From assembly GCA_009773755.1 (NCBI GenBank), contig WSZJ01000001.1, forward strand, positions 17,158 to 81,157: a DNA stretch of 64,000 nucleotides. Direction: 5' to 3'. Below are positions 8,936 to 19,876 of this stretch, piece by piece. Position numbers and translations under genes: made by a program. Position 1 is the stretch's first letter. Each line of letters opens with the position of its first letter. Under the pieces are notes generated by a model. It was not told where the DNA came from, searched no databases, and worked only from the letters and a program-made list of their open reading frames with translations. Source of the DNA: Planctomycetota bacterium (GTDB lineage Bacteria > Planctomycetota > MHYJ01 > WSZJ01).

Positions 8936-11119
8936 TTACTTGACTGCGCTCAACCCGAGATTCAGTTCGTCCAGCGCGGAGACCGCCACGCGGTCCCCGG
9001 GATAGAGCCCTTGCACGATCTCGACATCGCGCGCGCCTCTCCGCCCCGGCACAACGCGCTGCCGCCGGAATGTCTCTCCTTCCTGAAGGAACACGTACCA
9101 GCTCCCGCTGGAGGGCCAGAGGGCCTCCTCCGACACGGCGATCACCTGCCCGCCGCCCGCACCTGTCTCGACCACCAGCTCCGCCACCATTCCTTCGCGT
9201 AACTGGCCGCCCGGGTTCAGGACATCAGCCCAGACGAAGAGCGCATTGCCCGCACCGAGACCGGGTGCAATCCCGGAGACTTCGGTGGACCAGCCAAGTC
9301 CCGGCCATGCCGCGGGGCGGAGAACCGCCTTTGCTCCTCGCGCAGGGACGCCCTCGACCAGCCGCGACTCCGGAAGCACGCCCTCGGCGCGCAGAACGGC
9401 GGTGTTCGCGATTTCGAACAGCCTTTCGCGAGCCTCGACGACCTGGCCCGGGGCAACGGAGGACGCCACGATGACGCCCGCAATCGCCGAGCGCAGCGTC
9501 ACGGCGGCTCCCGGCTTTCCCTCGCGCTGCACGAACTCGACCTCGTCTGCCGGCACGCCAACGGCTGTGAGCTTCGCCTTCAGAGCGAGCGCGGCGAGTC
9601 TCTCCGCGCGCAACTCCGCTTCCAGCCGCAGCAATTCCTTCCGAGCGGAGATTCCCTTTTTCTCCAGCTCGCGGAGAAACCCCGCGCGCTTATCCAGAAG
9701 AGCGATCCGCGTCGCCGCCCGGATCAGCTCCACTTCGTCTCCCCGGACTTCGACGGACTCCACCTCCGCCAGCGGCGTTCCTGCTTCAACCCGGTCGCCT
9801 TCGAATACGAACACGCGGCGGACCTTGCCGTGGGCGAGGCTCGCGACGAATGCCGAAGTGCCGGGCGGCGCGCGCATCGTCGCAGAGAGCCGGATGACCG
9901 GCTCCACGGTGCTCAAGTCCGCCTCGGCGATCCGGACGCCGTGTTCCACAAGGGCGTCGGCGTGGATTTCAAAGACACCCTGCACGAAGAGCGAGGCGAG
10001 TTCGCGCGCGCCGTTCACGACAACCGCGTCCCCCGCCTTGATGCCGGAGGGGATCTCGACATCGCTTCCCGAGCGAGCTCCCGGAGTTACCGGCTGCCGC
10101 CGGTACCGGCCGCTTCCGAGCGAAACGAAGGCGAACCGCTCGATTCCCTGGCGCGCAACGGCGCCGCGCGGCACAAGAACGCCGCTGGCCGAACGGCGAA
10201 TCAGGTCGAGCCTGCCCGGCGTCCCCGGCCGAAGTCCTTCGGACCTGCCGATCTTCGCCGCGACGGACAGAGTTCGAGTGGCCGCATCGACGCGGGCGGC
10301 GACGCGCGCGAGCGAAACGGTGAATGACAGGCCGGGGAGAGCCTCGAAGGAAGCGCGTGCGGCGCGGCCTGCCTGGGCGTCCGCGGCGAAATACTCCGGG
10401 ACCCAGCCCTCGACCCACAGTTCCGCGTCGTCCACAATTTCGAACAGGTGCAGTTCCGGAACCACGATCTGCCCTTGCGTGACATCGACGTGCACGCAGA
10501 CTCCGTCGCCGGCCGCGAGAATTTTCAGCTGCCGGATCGCGGGGCCGCCCGCCCTCATCGCGCCGATCGCCTCGTCCTCGACCCCCGCGATCCGCATTTT
10601 CTGAAGCGCGGCCTCCAGGGAGATCCGGCGGTCGTCGGCGATCCCCCTCAAAGATTCGATTTCCTGTTCGGGCAGGATCGCCGGAGACGCCGCCTCGGCC
10701 CGCTTCAGATCCGCCTCGGCGGTAGCAAGGTCGTCTTGCGCCTGATTCCACTGCAGCGCCAGCGATTCCAGATCGATCGAATCGACCACGGCGAGCACGT
10801 CGCCGGCCCTCACGCGATCGCCGACCGCACATTTCACGGACGTCACCACTCCGGCCAGACGCGCGCTGGCGAACGATCGCGCCCCGGGAGCCGGCACGAT
10901 GCGAGCGCTGACGGGAAGCGAATCCTCGACGGAGCCTTCCCGGGCGAGCGCCGTCGAGATCCCGAGAGCGCGCTCTGTACGCTCGTCCAGGATCAAAAGC
11001 GCTCCCATCACCCTGACGCCCTTTGCTTCGAGTCCCTTGTGACCTTCGTGCGCGACCAGCAGGGCGGTCGCGGCGAGGCCGAGAACAACGGCGCAGGCAA
11101 CCTTGCGGCTAGTTCTCAT
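8936..11119 (-). CDS. Tandem-duplicated efflux RND periplasmic adaptor (two HlyD/CusB-like modules fused, about 727 aa)
   Basis: The ATG is at 11119 (MRTSRKVACAVVLGLAATALLVAHEGH), with an N-terminal anchor. Two successive adaptor-like halves each carry coiled-coil and beta-barrel segments. The gene sits directly upstream of the RND pump. Confidence 0.75.
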   Translation of the reverse strand: MRTSRKVACAVVLGLAATALLVAHEGHKGLEAKGVRVMGALLILDERTERALGISTALAREGSVEDSLPVSARIVPAPGARSFASARLAGVVTSVKCAVGDRVRAGDVLAVVDSIDLESLALQWNQAQDDLATAEADLKRAEAASPAILPEQEIESLRGIADDRRISLEAALQKMRIAGVEDEAIGAMRAGGPAIRQLKILAAGDGVCVHVDVTQGQIVVPELHLFEIVDDAELWVEGWVPEYFAADAQAGRAARASFEALPGLSFTVSLARVAARVDAATRTLSVAAKIGRSEGLRPGTPGRLDLIRRSASGVLVPRGAVARQGIERFAFVSLGSGRYRRQPVTPGARSGSDVEIPSGIKAGDAVVVNGARELASLFVQGVFEIHADALVEHGVRIAEADLSTVEPVIRLSATMRAPPGTSAFVASLAHGKVRRVFVFEGDRVEAGTPLAEVESVEVRGDEVELIRAATRIALLDKRAGFLRELEKKGISARKELLRLEAELRAERLAALALKAKLTAVGVPADEVEFVQREGKPGAAVTLRSAIAGVIVASSVAPGQVVEARERLFEIANTAVLRAEGVLPESRLVEGVPARGAKAVLRPAAWPGLGWSTEVSGIAPGLGAGNALFVWADVLNPGGQLREGMVAELVVETGAGGGQVIAVSEEALWPSSGSWYVFLQEGETFRRQRVVPGRRGARDVEIVQGLYPGDRVAVSALDELNLGLSAVK

Positions 11120-12467
11120 GAGGACACTTCTCCCCTGTTTTGTGAATTCCGCGGCACTTGCAATGCCCCGCAACGTCCACCATGGAGCACTTCCCTTCGC
11201 GCACGCTGCACGGGCAGGGTCTGTCAGGCCGGGGGACGGCGAGGGACCGAACGTACTCGACGAGCGCGTCCACGTCCTGCGTCGATACTTCCCGGAAGGC
11301 CGGCATCGATCCGGACAGATTCCAGTGCAGACCGCCGTTTGAAATCACTTCGCGCAGGTATTCGTCCGAGAGCGCGTTCATGCGTTCGCCGTCCGCGAAA
11401 TTCCGCGGGCGGAACGCGCCTTGGACGACGCGGGGGCCGACCACCCGGCCGGTGGCCCCATGACAACTCGCGCACGCGGCGAGGAACAAGGAGGCGCCGC
11501 GATCCGCCGGCGGGTTCCGGAGAAGCGCCTCCGCGGCTTCTTCGTCGTCCGCAAACTGTCCGAGGGCCTCTCGCAACCGCGGCGTCGCCGCCTCGATCGT
11601 CGTTCGCAGGACGTGCTCTACGTCCGGCGCGCCTGCAAGCCTGTCCGCCGCCCGGCCGGCCAGCCACCCATCGACCGCGTCCGCCGGGATTCCGCGGACG
11701 CGGATCCGCCGGTGCGACTCCATCGCCACCAGCCGCGCCTCCATGTCAAAAGTCAGGGTCAATCCCGCGCGGACGCCGTCGATCTCCGCCACCGGGTACG
11801 TCGCATATCCCGTCACGTGCCCCTGCGCGTCCACGTACGCGTGCACGGGCGCCCGCCGCACTCCCCCCCCCGCCCGCACCAGCCGCTCGTCCGACAAGAT
11901 CGCTTCCAGGTCCCGCACGCGGACTCCCGCCTCCGCCGGGGGCGCCGGCGCGAGCGTGCGCACGTGCGCCACCAGCGCCCATATCTGAAGCGCGTCAAAC
12001 CGGTCGTCCCACCGCGGCATGAGTTTCGACCGCCCGACCTCCGGGCCGCCGCCACGGATCGCCTGGAAGAGGTCGTCGTCGGTGCGCGCGTTCATGTAAG
12101 AAGCATCCGTGTGGTCGCGCGGACGGGGCCAGAGCGCCGCGGCGGCGGGGCCGTCGCCCGCGCCCCCCGCGCCGTGGCACGACGCGCAGTGAACTTCGTA
12201 CAACGCCTTCCCGGCTGCAGGGTCGCCAGGCAGAACGCCCGTGCGCGTCCGGTTTTCCAACCAGACTCGAGCGGCCACCTTTGGCGACGGTCCTGCTCCC
12301 GGCCGGCGCCACCCCCAAGCCAACACGACGATCCCGACGGTGATCAGAACCGATGTCACAAGCACTATCCCCCAGAGGCGCCTCTTCACTTCCGGCCCTC
12401 CACCCTCGGAAACCTCGACAGATCCCGCACCACGTCCCAACGGAACTTCAGGTGGCACTTCACGCAA
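11109..12467 (-). CDS. Di-heme c-type cytochrome with a C-terminal Cys/His-rich tail
   Basis: Two CxxCH heme motifs (HCASCHGAGG and ACASCHGATG) in separate cytochrome c-like domains. An N-terminal TM/signal anchor LWGIVLVTSVLITVGIVVLAWGW. The tail reads PCPCSVREGKCSMVDVAGHCKCRGIHKTGEKCPHEN. The start is uncertain because the 5' end overlaps the upstream ORF by about 80 nt. Confidence 0.7.
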   Translation of the reverse strand: MREVPPEVPLGRGAGSVEVSEGGGPEVKRRLWGIVLVTSVLITVGIVVLAWGWRRPGAGPSPKVAARVWLENRTRTGVLPGDPAAGKALYEVHCASCHGAGGAGDGPAAAALWPRPRDHTDASYMNARTDDDLFQAIRGGGPEVGRSKLMPRWDDRFDALQIWALVAHVRTLAPAPPAEAGVRVRDLEAILSDERLVRAGGGVRRAPVHAYVDAQGHVTGYATYPVAEIDGVRAGLTLTFDMEARLVAMESHRRIRVRGIPADAVDGWLAGRAADRLAGAPDVEHVLRTTIEAATPRLREALGQFADDEEAAEALLRNPPADRGASLFLAACASCHGATGRVVGPRVVQGAFRPRNFADGERMNALSDEYLREVISNGGLHWNLSGSMPAFREVSTQDVDALVEYVRSLAVPRPDRPCPCSVREGKCSMVDVAGHCKCRGIHKTGEKCPHEN

Positions 12468-13369
12468 CTCTCTGTCTCCAGCGCCGACTGCATCGCCCGC
12501 GCGGCCGCGAAGTTTTTGCGCGCCGCCAGCTCCCCCAGCTCGGAAAGACGCCCCTTCAGGTCCTCTCCGTACTTCACGAACTCTGGTTTGTCGTCGCCGT
12601 TCACGTGCAGCTCGAAAAGCGGCAGCCGCTTCCGCTCGTCTTCGATTCGACTGGCGGAAGCGCGGATGACCGCGGCGTCGGGATTTTCTTTCTCAAGCTC
12701 GAGCTGGATGGCCTGCCAGTGGCGCCCGAAGCGCCGCATGACCTCGTGCTGCCGCGCCATCGTGAAGGGCTCGTCGGCGATGGCCGGAGCCGTGCTCTCC
12801 CCCGTCGTGAATGAACCGGAAAGGCGCACCGCCTCGCCCGTCGAGGTGGTGGCTTCCATGATGAAGCGCGTGTCGCCGGGATGTGCGGCCAGGCGGAGCG
12901 CCCCGTAGGCGTTGCCGCCGAGAGGCTGCAGGCGGACGGTCGTCCTCCGGGCCGGACGCTCGCGATCGACCTCGAAGAAATAGACGAGGGGGTCGCGCAG
13001 TTCTACCGGGGCCGATTCGTCGGCGCCGTCGCCTTTCTTCGGCGCCAGAACGACCCGCAACCGGACCTCGGAGCCGGCCGCAGGCGTGCCCGGGTCGATC
13101 GTGACGATCAACTGGCCGCCGGCCGCCCAGCGTTGAAGTCGCTTCGCCGACACGAACTTCGCCGGATCGGCGAGGAATTGCGCCCGCTCTTCGATCTGGC
13201 AGAAGTAGTAGGTCTTGCCGAGGTAATCGGCGCTCGCCGCGGCGTGCTCGGGGTCGATCATCATGCCGCAGATCGGGTCGCGCACGGGATCGTGCGCGAA
13301 CGCGACGGAGTGCGGCATGAGCAAGGCAAGGGCAAGCGGGAATTTCCGCATGGGCGCACCTGAAAACAC
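12386..13369 (-). CDS. Secreted YHS-domain protein fused to a class II (cytochrome c'-like) C-terminal heme domain
   Basis: Signal peptide MRKFPLALALLMPHSVAFA. A YHS/TRASH motif DPICGMMIDPEHAA...GKTYYFCQIEERAQFLADPAKF. A C-terminal helical region ends with a single CVKCH heme-binding motif near the C-terminus, as in cytochrome c'/c556. Confidence 0.65.
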   Translation of the reverse strand: MFSGAPMRKFPLALALLMPHSVAFAHDPVRDPICGMMIDPEHAAASADYLGKTYYFCQIEERAQFLADPAKFVSAKRLQRWAAGGQLIVTIDPGTPAAGSEVRLRVVLAPKKGDGADESAPVELRDPLVYFFEVDRERPARRTTVRLQPLGGNAYGALRLAAHPGDTRFIMEATTSTGEAVRLSGSFTTGESTAPAIADEPFTMARQHEVMRRFGRHWQAIQLELEKENPDAAVIRASASRIEDERKRLPLFELHVNGDDKPEFVKYGEDLKGRLSELGELAARKNFAAARAMQSALETESCVKCHLKFRWDVVRDLSRFPRVEGRK

Positions 13370-13409
13370 GGGAAGCGGGAGGGGAAACGACGGTCCCGTC
13401 CGGCGCGCG

Positions 13410-13805
13410 CTAGATCAGCAGCGAGGCGTGAAGAGTGTAGAGCGGAACGTCCGGCGCCCTCCCGGGTGGAGAAACGTCGGATACGTAACGGTCGGCCCCG
13501 GTGCGGACTGCGTCCAGAAACAGGTCGACGGGCACCTCGACCACCGGGGACTTGACGCCGACGGTCGGCTCATCCTGGACGGCAAAATGCGAAGGGTCGT
13601 CGCAGCAGCACGAACTCTTCACGGGCTTCGACGGCTGCGGCTCATCAGGAGACTTCTTCGTGCAGCATCCATGCCCCTCGGGCTTCGCCTTCGACTCCGC
13701 GGCTCGCGGCACGGACGAAAAGGTGCACGCACATGCCGACAGATGGGCCGCCAGGAAGGCGGCGACCACGAACGGCGAGCAGCGGCGGAGCTTCACGGGG
13801 ATCAC
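13410..13805 (-). CDS. Small secreted Cys-rich (CC/CCC motif) protein, putative metal-binding
   Basis: A GTG start with AAGGA about 10 nt upstream. The signal/lipobox-like N-terminus is FVVAAFLAAHLSACAC. Motifs HGCCTKK and SSCCCDDPSH are present. It is the first gene of the minus-strand metal operon. Confidence 0.4.
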   Translation of the reverse strand: MIPVKLRRCSPFVVAAFLAAHLSACACTFSSVPRAAESKAKPEGHGCCTKKSPDEPQPSKPVKSSCCCDDPSHFAVQDEPTVGVKSPVVEVPVDLFLDAVRTGADRYVSDVSPPGRAPDVPLYTLHASLLI

Positions 13806-14018
13806 CTTATGTCATCCTTCGTTGGGAAAGCAAGCCGGTTCTTGCGCGGTTCTTGCGCGACGCCTTCCCGAACAACCCAAATCCGCGGCGTATTCCCGCT
13901 CCCCGGACCACTCTGCGGCCAGAATCACAGCGTGCTGGGAAGAAGTCCACATAGACCCCGCGAGGCTCGCGCCTTCCGCCGAACCGACTGGCACGGCCGT
14001 TGCGACAGGAGTTCCTCC

Positions 14019-14418
14019 CATGAAGACCGCCCGCGATTACATGAGTTCTCCCGTCTGCACGCTTCCCCGCACAGCGACCGTTCTGGAAGCGGCCCGCCTG
14101 CTGCTCGACAAGAGGCTGACGGGTGTGCCCGTCCTCGACGCGAAGGGCCGTCCCGAGGGCGTCTTCAGCCTTCGCGACCTCGCGAAGTTCTTTCTCGATC
14201 CGCTGCTTGACACTCCGGGAAGCCGGCCCGACGCCGCGAACGCCCCGATTTCCGGGCTGATGACGCACCACGTCGTGACCGTGAGGCCCGAAGCGACGGT
14301 CGAGGCGATCAGAACGGCGATGAAGACCAGCAAGGTTCATCGGCTGGTGGTGGAGGACGGACACGGAAAGTTGCTCGGAATCGTCAGCGCTTCGGACCTG
14401 GCGACGAGGGATGTCTGA
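14019..14418 (+). CDS. CBS-pair domain protein
   Basis: An internal start MKTARDYMSSPVCTLPRTATVLEAARLL...GVPVLD...HRLVVEDGHGKLLGIVSASDL gives two CBS motifs. The upstream part of the 305-aa track ORF looks non-coding. Confidence 0.75.
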
Positions 14419-14429
14419 AGCCATCGACG

Positions 14430-15278
14430 CTACGCCGGCTTCCGGGAATCCCTCAGGTAGACAGACCAGTAGACCGCCGCGACCATGAGCCCGCCGCCGA
14501 CGACATTTCCCAGCGTCACGGGAAGCAGATTTCCCAGAAGTCCTTCCCAGCCCACCCGCGAAACCGCTTCCGGCCCCCACCCGCCGGCCGCGAGAACCAC
14601 GGGCTCTGACCGGAGCAGCATGCCGAGCGGGATGAAGTACATGTTCGCGACGCTGTGCTCGAGACCGAGGGCCACGAACGCCGTTATGGGGAAGACGATC
14701 GCGAGCACCTTGTCCGTCGTCGACCGCGCGCTGAAGCAGAGCCACACGGCGAGGCACACGAGCGCATTGCAGAGCACGCCCAGCACGAACGCGGTCCCGA
14801 ACGGAAGCGAACATTTCGCCTTCGCGATCCCGAGCGCCGTTGCGCCGAGCTGGCCGCCCGCGTCCTCCCAGCGGCGCGTGAAGTAGAAGGCCACCGCCGT
14901 CGCCGCGGCTCCGCCAAAGTTCCCGAAGTAAACCCAGAACCAGTTGCGCAGGAGGCGCGCCGTCGAGACGCGGCGGCTCGCCCAGGCCATCACTACCAGG
15001 TTGTTTCCCGTGAAGAGCTCCGCGCCGGCGACCACGACAAGGATCAGGCCGAGGGAGAACGCGAGCCCGGTGAGAAGGCGCGAGGGGCCGTACCCCAGCC
15101 TCGGGTCGGTCGCGGCGACGGTCGAGAACGCCGCCCCGAGCGCGATGAACACGCCGGCCAGGACCGCCAGCGCCAGCATGGAGCCAAGCCCGAGCTCTGC
15201 CTTCTGCACCCCGGTCTCCTCGACGCGCCGCGCCATCTCAGCGGGCGAGTACGCGTCGATCCCCGGTGTCGGCTCCAT
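14430..15278 (-). CDS. Formate/nitrite transporter (FNT) family channel
   Basis: A 282-aa polytopic membrane protein. It carries FNT signatures (LVVVAGAELFTGNNL, ALGLEHSVANMYFIPLG). Confidence 0.85.
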   Translation of the reverse strand: MEPTPGIDAYSPAEMARRVEETGVQKAELGLGSMLALAVLAGVFIALGAAFSTVAATDPRLGYGPSRLLTGLAFSLGLILVVVAGAELFTGNNLVVMAWASRRVSTARLLRNWFWVYFGNFGGAAATAVAFYFTRRWEDAGGQLGATALGIAKAKCSLPFGTAFVLGVLCNALVCLAVWLCFSARSTTDKVLAIVFPITAFVALGLEHSVANMYFIPLGMLLRSEPVVLAAGGWGPEAVSRVGWEGLLGNLLPVTLGNVVGGGLMVAAVYWSVYLRDSRKPA

Positions 15279-15290
15279 CGCTGTCGAGGC

Positions 15291-16682
<1,392 letters not shown>

Positions 16683-16737
16683 GAGGGGCACCGCGAAGAG
16701 GAGGCGTGGTTGGGGGGATGGAGTCCCGGTCCGAGAG

Positions 16738-16753
16738 TGCAAGGGGAATGCCG
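16738..16753 (-). promoter_or_regulatory. Possible sigma-54 (-24/-12) promoter upstream of the NtrC-like gene
   Basis: The minus strand reads CGGCATtccccTTGCA. The GG and GC elements have canonical 10-nt spacing. It lies about 55 nt upstream of the ATG at 16682. The match is imperfect (CGGCAT rather than TGGCAC). Confidence 0.3.
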
Positions 16754-16857
16754 CGCAGTTCTCCTAGGGAAGTCTCGCTGAGTGTGCGTGAAATTCCGCA
16801 GTATGGCGCGAGATTACCCATTACCTCGTACCCTTCCCTGGCAGTTCCTCGCCTCCA

Positions 16858-17676
16858 TTGTCCCCCGGTCCTGAGTTTGCACCCTCTGAGCGCATGCGCC
16901 TGATCTACAATTTCTTTCGAGCTCTCGCCTGCGGCCACACCTACAACCTCCACACGAATCCCGAGGCATGGTTCGGCCTACTCTGGGGTCTGCCGATTCC
17001 CGTCTTCTCATTCGCGCTCGACGGCCTCCTGCTCGGGTGGGAGAACCGCACGATCGCTTCAATTCTCTCCCAGCACCCCTGGCAACTGGTCTTCCTCACC
17101 CACCCGCCTCTTTTCGCCATCGTATTCGGCGCCATGGGGACCATCCGCCGCGACCTCGAGACGCACAATCGCCAACTCATCGCCCGGCTGGAACTGGATG
17201 CGCTCACCGACCCCCTCACGGGCGTCCATAACCGCCGTTTCGTCCTCGAGGAGCTCGACAAGGCCGCCGCGCGGGCCGGGCGCTCCGCCGAAACGGTCGC
17301 CGTCGTCATGTTCGACATGGACAACTTCAAAATCGTCAACGATACGCAGGGCCACCTGGCCGGCGACAAGCTGCTCAAGGAGGTCGCCGCCGCGATCCGG
17401 GACTCTCTTCGCCGAGGCGACACGCTCGGCCGCTACGGTGGCGACGAGTTTCTGCTGGTCGCGCCCGGTTCGCGCGAAGGCGCGCTCTCCGTCGCGGAGC
17501 GCGCCCGGCAGACCGTGCGAGAGCGGACATCGCACAGCATCAGCGCGGGCGTCGCGCTGAGCGGCGAGGACGGGAAGTCGCCTGCGGAGCTCATCGCGGC
17601 GGCCGACCGCGACCTGGCGGCGGCAAAGAAGCGCCTTCACGTCGGCCGGCCGGAGACGAGGAAGCTCGTTCCCTGA
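16858..17676 (+). CDS. GGDEF-domain diguanylate cyclase with an N-terminal membrane/sensor region
   Basis: Motifs RYGGDEF, an A-site-like DPLTGVHNRR and the GGDEF fold. Its N-terminus is hydrophobic. Confidence 0.85.
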   Translation: MSPGPEFAPSERMRLIYNFFRALACGHTYNLHTNPEAWFGLLWGLPIPVFSFALDGLLLGWENRTIASILSQHPWQLVFLTHPPLFAIVFGAMGTIRRDLETHNRQLIARLELDALTDPLTGVHNRRFVLEELDKAAARAGRSAETVAVVMFDMDNFKIVNDTQGHLAGDKLLKEVAAAIRDSLRRGDTLGRYGGDEFLLVAPGSREGALSVAERARQTVRERTSHSISAGVALSGEDGKSPAELIAAADRDLAAAKKRLHVGRPETRKLVP

Positions 17677-17682
17677 CGGACC

Positions 17683-18765
17683 TCAGGGTGACGGCGCCGC
17701 AATCTTCTTCAGTCTCAGCTGGCCGCACGCCGCCGCGATCCGGTCGCCGCGGGCCCGCCGCACGGGGGCGGGAATGCCGGCCGCTTCAAGGATTCGAGAG
17801 AACTCCGCCACCGCTTTCGACCCGGGGGCCTCGTACGACAATCCCTCGACCGCGTTGTACGGAATCAGGTTGACCTTCAGCCCCTTCCCCGAAATCCGCT
17901 TCGCCAGCTCCCTGGCGTGCTCCGGACCTGAGTTGATGTCGCCGAGCAGCACGTACTCGCAGGTGACGTCCTTTCCGGTTTTCTGCTGGTACTTCACGCC
18001 CTCGGCGAGGACTTCCGCGACGGGAAGCGCCTTCGCGAACGGGACGACGCGGGCGCGGATTTCGTCGTTGGGGGCGTGGAGAGAGAGGGCGAGGTTGGGA
18101 GCGAGGGGGTGTGCGGCGAGTTTCATGACTCCGCCCTCGACGCCGACGGTGGAGACGGTGATGCGATTGAGGCCGATGCCCATGCCCCAGTCGGCGTTGA
18201 GGCGCTCGATGGCGGCGATGACGCGGTCGAGGTTGTAGAAGGGCTCGCCCATTCCCATGAAGACGACGTTGGAGATCGGGTGGTCCATCTCGTCGTAGCG
18301 CTGGCGGACGAGCCGCCCGACGCGGATCGCCTGCTCGACGATTTCGGCCGCCGTGAGATTCCGCGCAAGGCCCGCGAGCCCGCTCGCGCAGAAGACGCAC
18401 CCGACCGGGCACCCCGCCTGCGTCGAGACGCACACCGTCCGCCGTTCCGGCGGCGACTTCCCGGGCGGCTCCGGGATCAGCACGCATTCCACCAGCTGCC
18501 CGTCGGCGCAAGGCACCAGCAGCTTCGCTGTCCCGTCCTTCGACTTGTTTTCCTCGGGCTCCGCCGTCGACATCACCGGAATCTCGGCCTTCAACCGTTC
18601 CCGAAGCGCCGCCCCGAGATCCGTCATCTCGTCGTACGACGTCGCGCACCGCTTGTACACATGCCGCAGGATCTGGTCAGCCCGAAACGCCTTCTCCCCC
18701 ATCGTGACGAGGGCGTCGCGGAGGCTGTCGCGGTCGTGGGAAGTGACGGTCGCCGCAGCGAGCAT
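17683..18765 (-). CDS. rlmN: 23S rRNA (adenine2503-C2)-methyltransferase RlmN (radical SAM)
   Basis: A radical-SAM CxxxCxxC motif (STQAGCPVGCVFCASG). The RlmN/Cfr-family pattern is conserved (MGMGEPFYNLD, the C-terminal Cys). Confidence 0.9.
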   Translation of the reverse strand: MLAAATVTSHDRDSLRDALVTMGEKAFRADQILRHVYKRCATSYDEMTDLGAALRERLKAEIPVMSTAEPEENKSKDGTAKLLVPCADGQLVECVLIPEPPGKSPPERRTVCVSTQAGCPVGCVFCASGLAGLARNLTAAEIVEQAIRVGRLVRQRYDEMDHPISNVVFMGMGEPFYNLDRVIAAIERLNADWGMGIGLNRITVSTVGVEGGVMKLAAHPLAPNLALSLHAPNDEIRARVVPFAKALPVAEVLAEGVKYQQKTGKDVTCEYVLLGDINSGPEHARELAKRISGKGLKVNLIPYNAVEGLSYEAPGSKAVAEFSRILEAAGIPAPVRRARGDRIAAACGQLRLKKIAAPSP

Positions 18766-18838
18766 CGGGGAAGTCTAACCGCGAATTGGCTGCAGCCCGG
18801 CTTGAGCCGCGGTTCCCGGTCGTGGGACAATCCCGGCA

Positions 18839-19128
18839 TGAAGTCACCGGGTCATCGGACGGTCCAAGTCGCGGGCGCCGCGCTCTACGCAGGCGTGTCC
18901 TGGGCCACGGAGTACTGCGAATCCTGGGGGCGCACGATCCTCCTCATCTGCAGCCTCCTGCTCTGCGCCTCCACCTTCGGGTCGAGACTGCTCCAGGGAG
19001 GCGCGTGGGGCGATTTCTGCCGTGCGCTCGCCGTGTTCCCGTTCTGTCTCTTCCTGAAGTACACGTGGCTCGGTTCCCTGGAAGTCGAACCGCAGCCGAA
19101 GCAGGGGGCACCGAACCCTTCGGTCTGA
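18839..19128 (+). CDS. Hypothetical small membrane protein (96 aa)
   Basis: Only an ORF with high GC3 and a hydrophobic core (ILLICSLLLCASTF) in the rlmN-ispD intergenic gap. It has no recognisable domain. Confidence 0.3.
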
Positions 19129-19179
19129 GGCGCCCCCCTTTCCCTCCCGCCCGCCCCTCGAATCTGGTACGACGTCCCC

Positions 19180-19833
19180 ATGCCCCGCTGGTCCCTCCTA
19201 ATCCCCGCCGCCGGTTCCGGCAGCCGCATGGGCGGAAAGAAGAAGCCGCTTCTCCGGATCGATGGGAAGCCGCTCCTGGTCCACGCTCTCGCGGCGTTCC
19301 GCGGGATCGCCGACATCGTGATCGCGGTGCCGCCGGGGGAAGGACTTCGATGGAAGCGGCAGCTCGGGATCGACGCGACGTTCGTGGACGGAGGCGCGCG
19401 GCGGCAGGATTCGGTGGAGCGGGCGCTGGTCGCTGCGGAGGAGCCGACGCACGTGCTGGTGCACGACGCGGCGCGGCCGTTTCCGGGGAAGGAGCTGGTG
19501 AAGCGCGTGATGGAAGCGACGCTGAAAGTCGGCGCGGCGATCCCGGGGCTGGCTGTGACGGACACGCTGAAGCGGGTGGACGCGCTCGGGCTGGTGACAG
19601 GCACGGTGCCGCGCGGCGGGCTCTGGCAGGTGCAGACGCCGCAGGGGGCGCGGGCGGACTGGCTGCGCGAAGCGTTCGCGAGGGCGGCGCGCGAAGAATG
19701 GGACGTGACGGACGAGGCGATGCTGCTCGAAAAATGCGGCCGGCCGGTCGCGGTCGTCGACGGGGATCCGCGCAACGTGAAGGTGACGACGGCCGCCGAC
19801 TGGAAACTACTGAAAGGCCGGGGGCGGCGGTAG
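19180..19833 (+). CDS. ispD: 2-C-methyl-D-erythritol 4-phosphate cytidylyltransferase
   Basis: It has an IspD N-terminus (LIPAAGSGSRMG) and the IspD fold pattern throughout. Confidence 0.9.
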   Translation: MPRWSLLIPAAGSGSRMGGKKKPLLRIDGKPLLVHALAAFRGIADIVIAVPPGEGLRWKRQLGIDATFVDGGARRQDSVERALVAAEEPTHVLVHDAARPFPGKELVKRVMEATLKVGAAIPGLAVTDTLKRVDALGLVTGTVPRGGLWQVQTPQGARADWLREAFARAAREEWDVTDEAMLLEKCGRPVAVVDGDPRNVKVTTAADWKLLKGRGRR

Positions 19834-19876
19834 AGTGACCCGCTTCGCCGGGGGACTTTTTCTCAGGAGATCCTGC

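Noticed and set aside
18786-19838. A 350-aa plus ORF overlapping ispD.
   Set aside because: It is frame-shifted relative to the convincing IspD ORF (19180-19833). Its product is Arg/Gly/Ala low-complexity.
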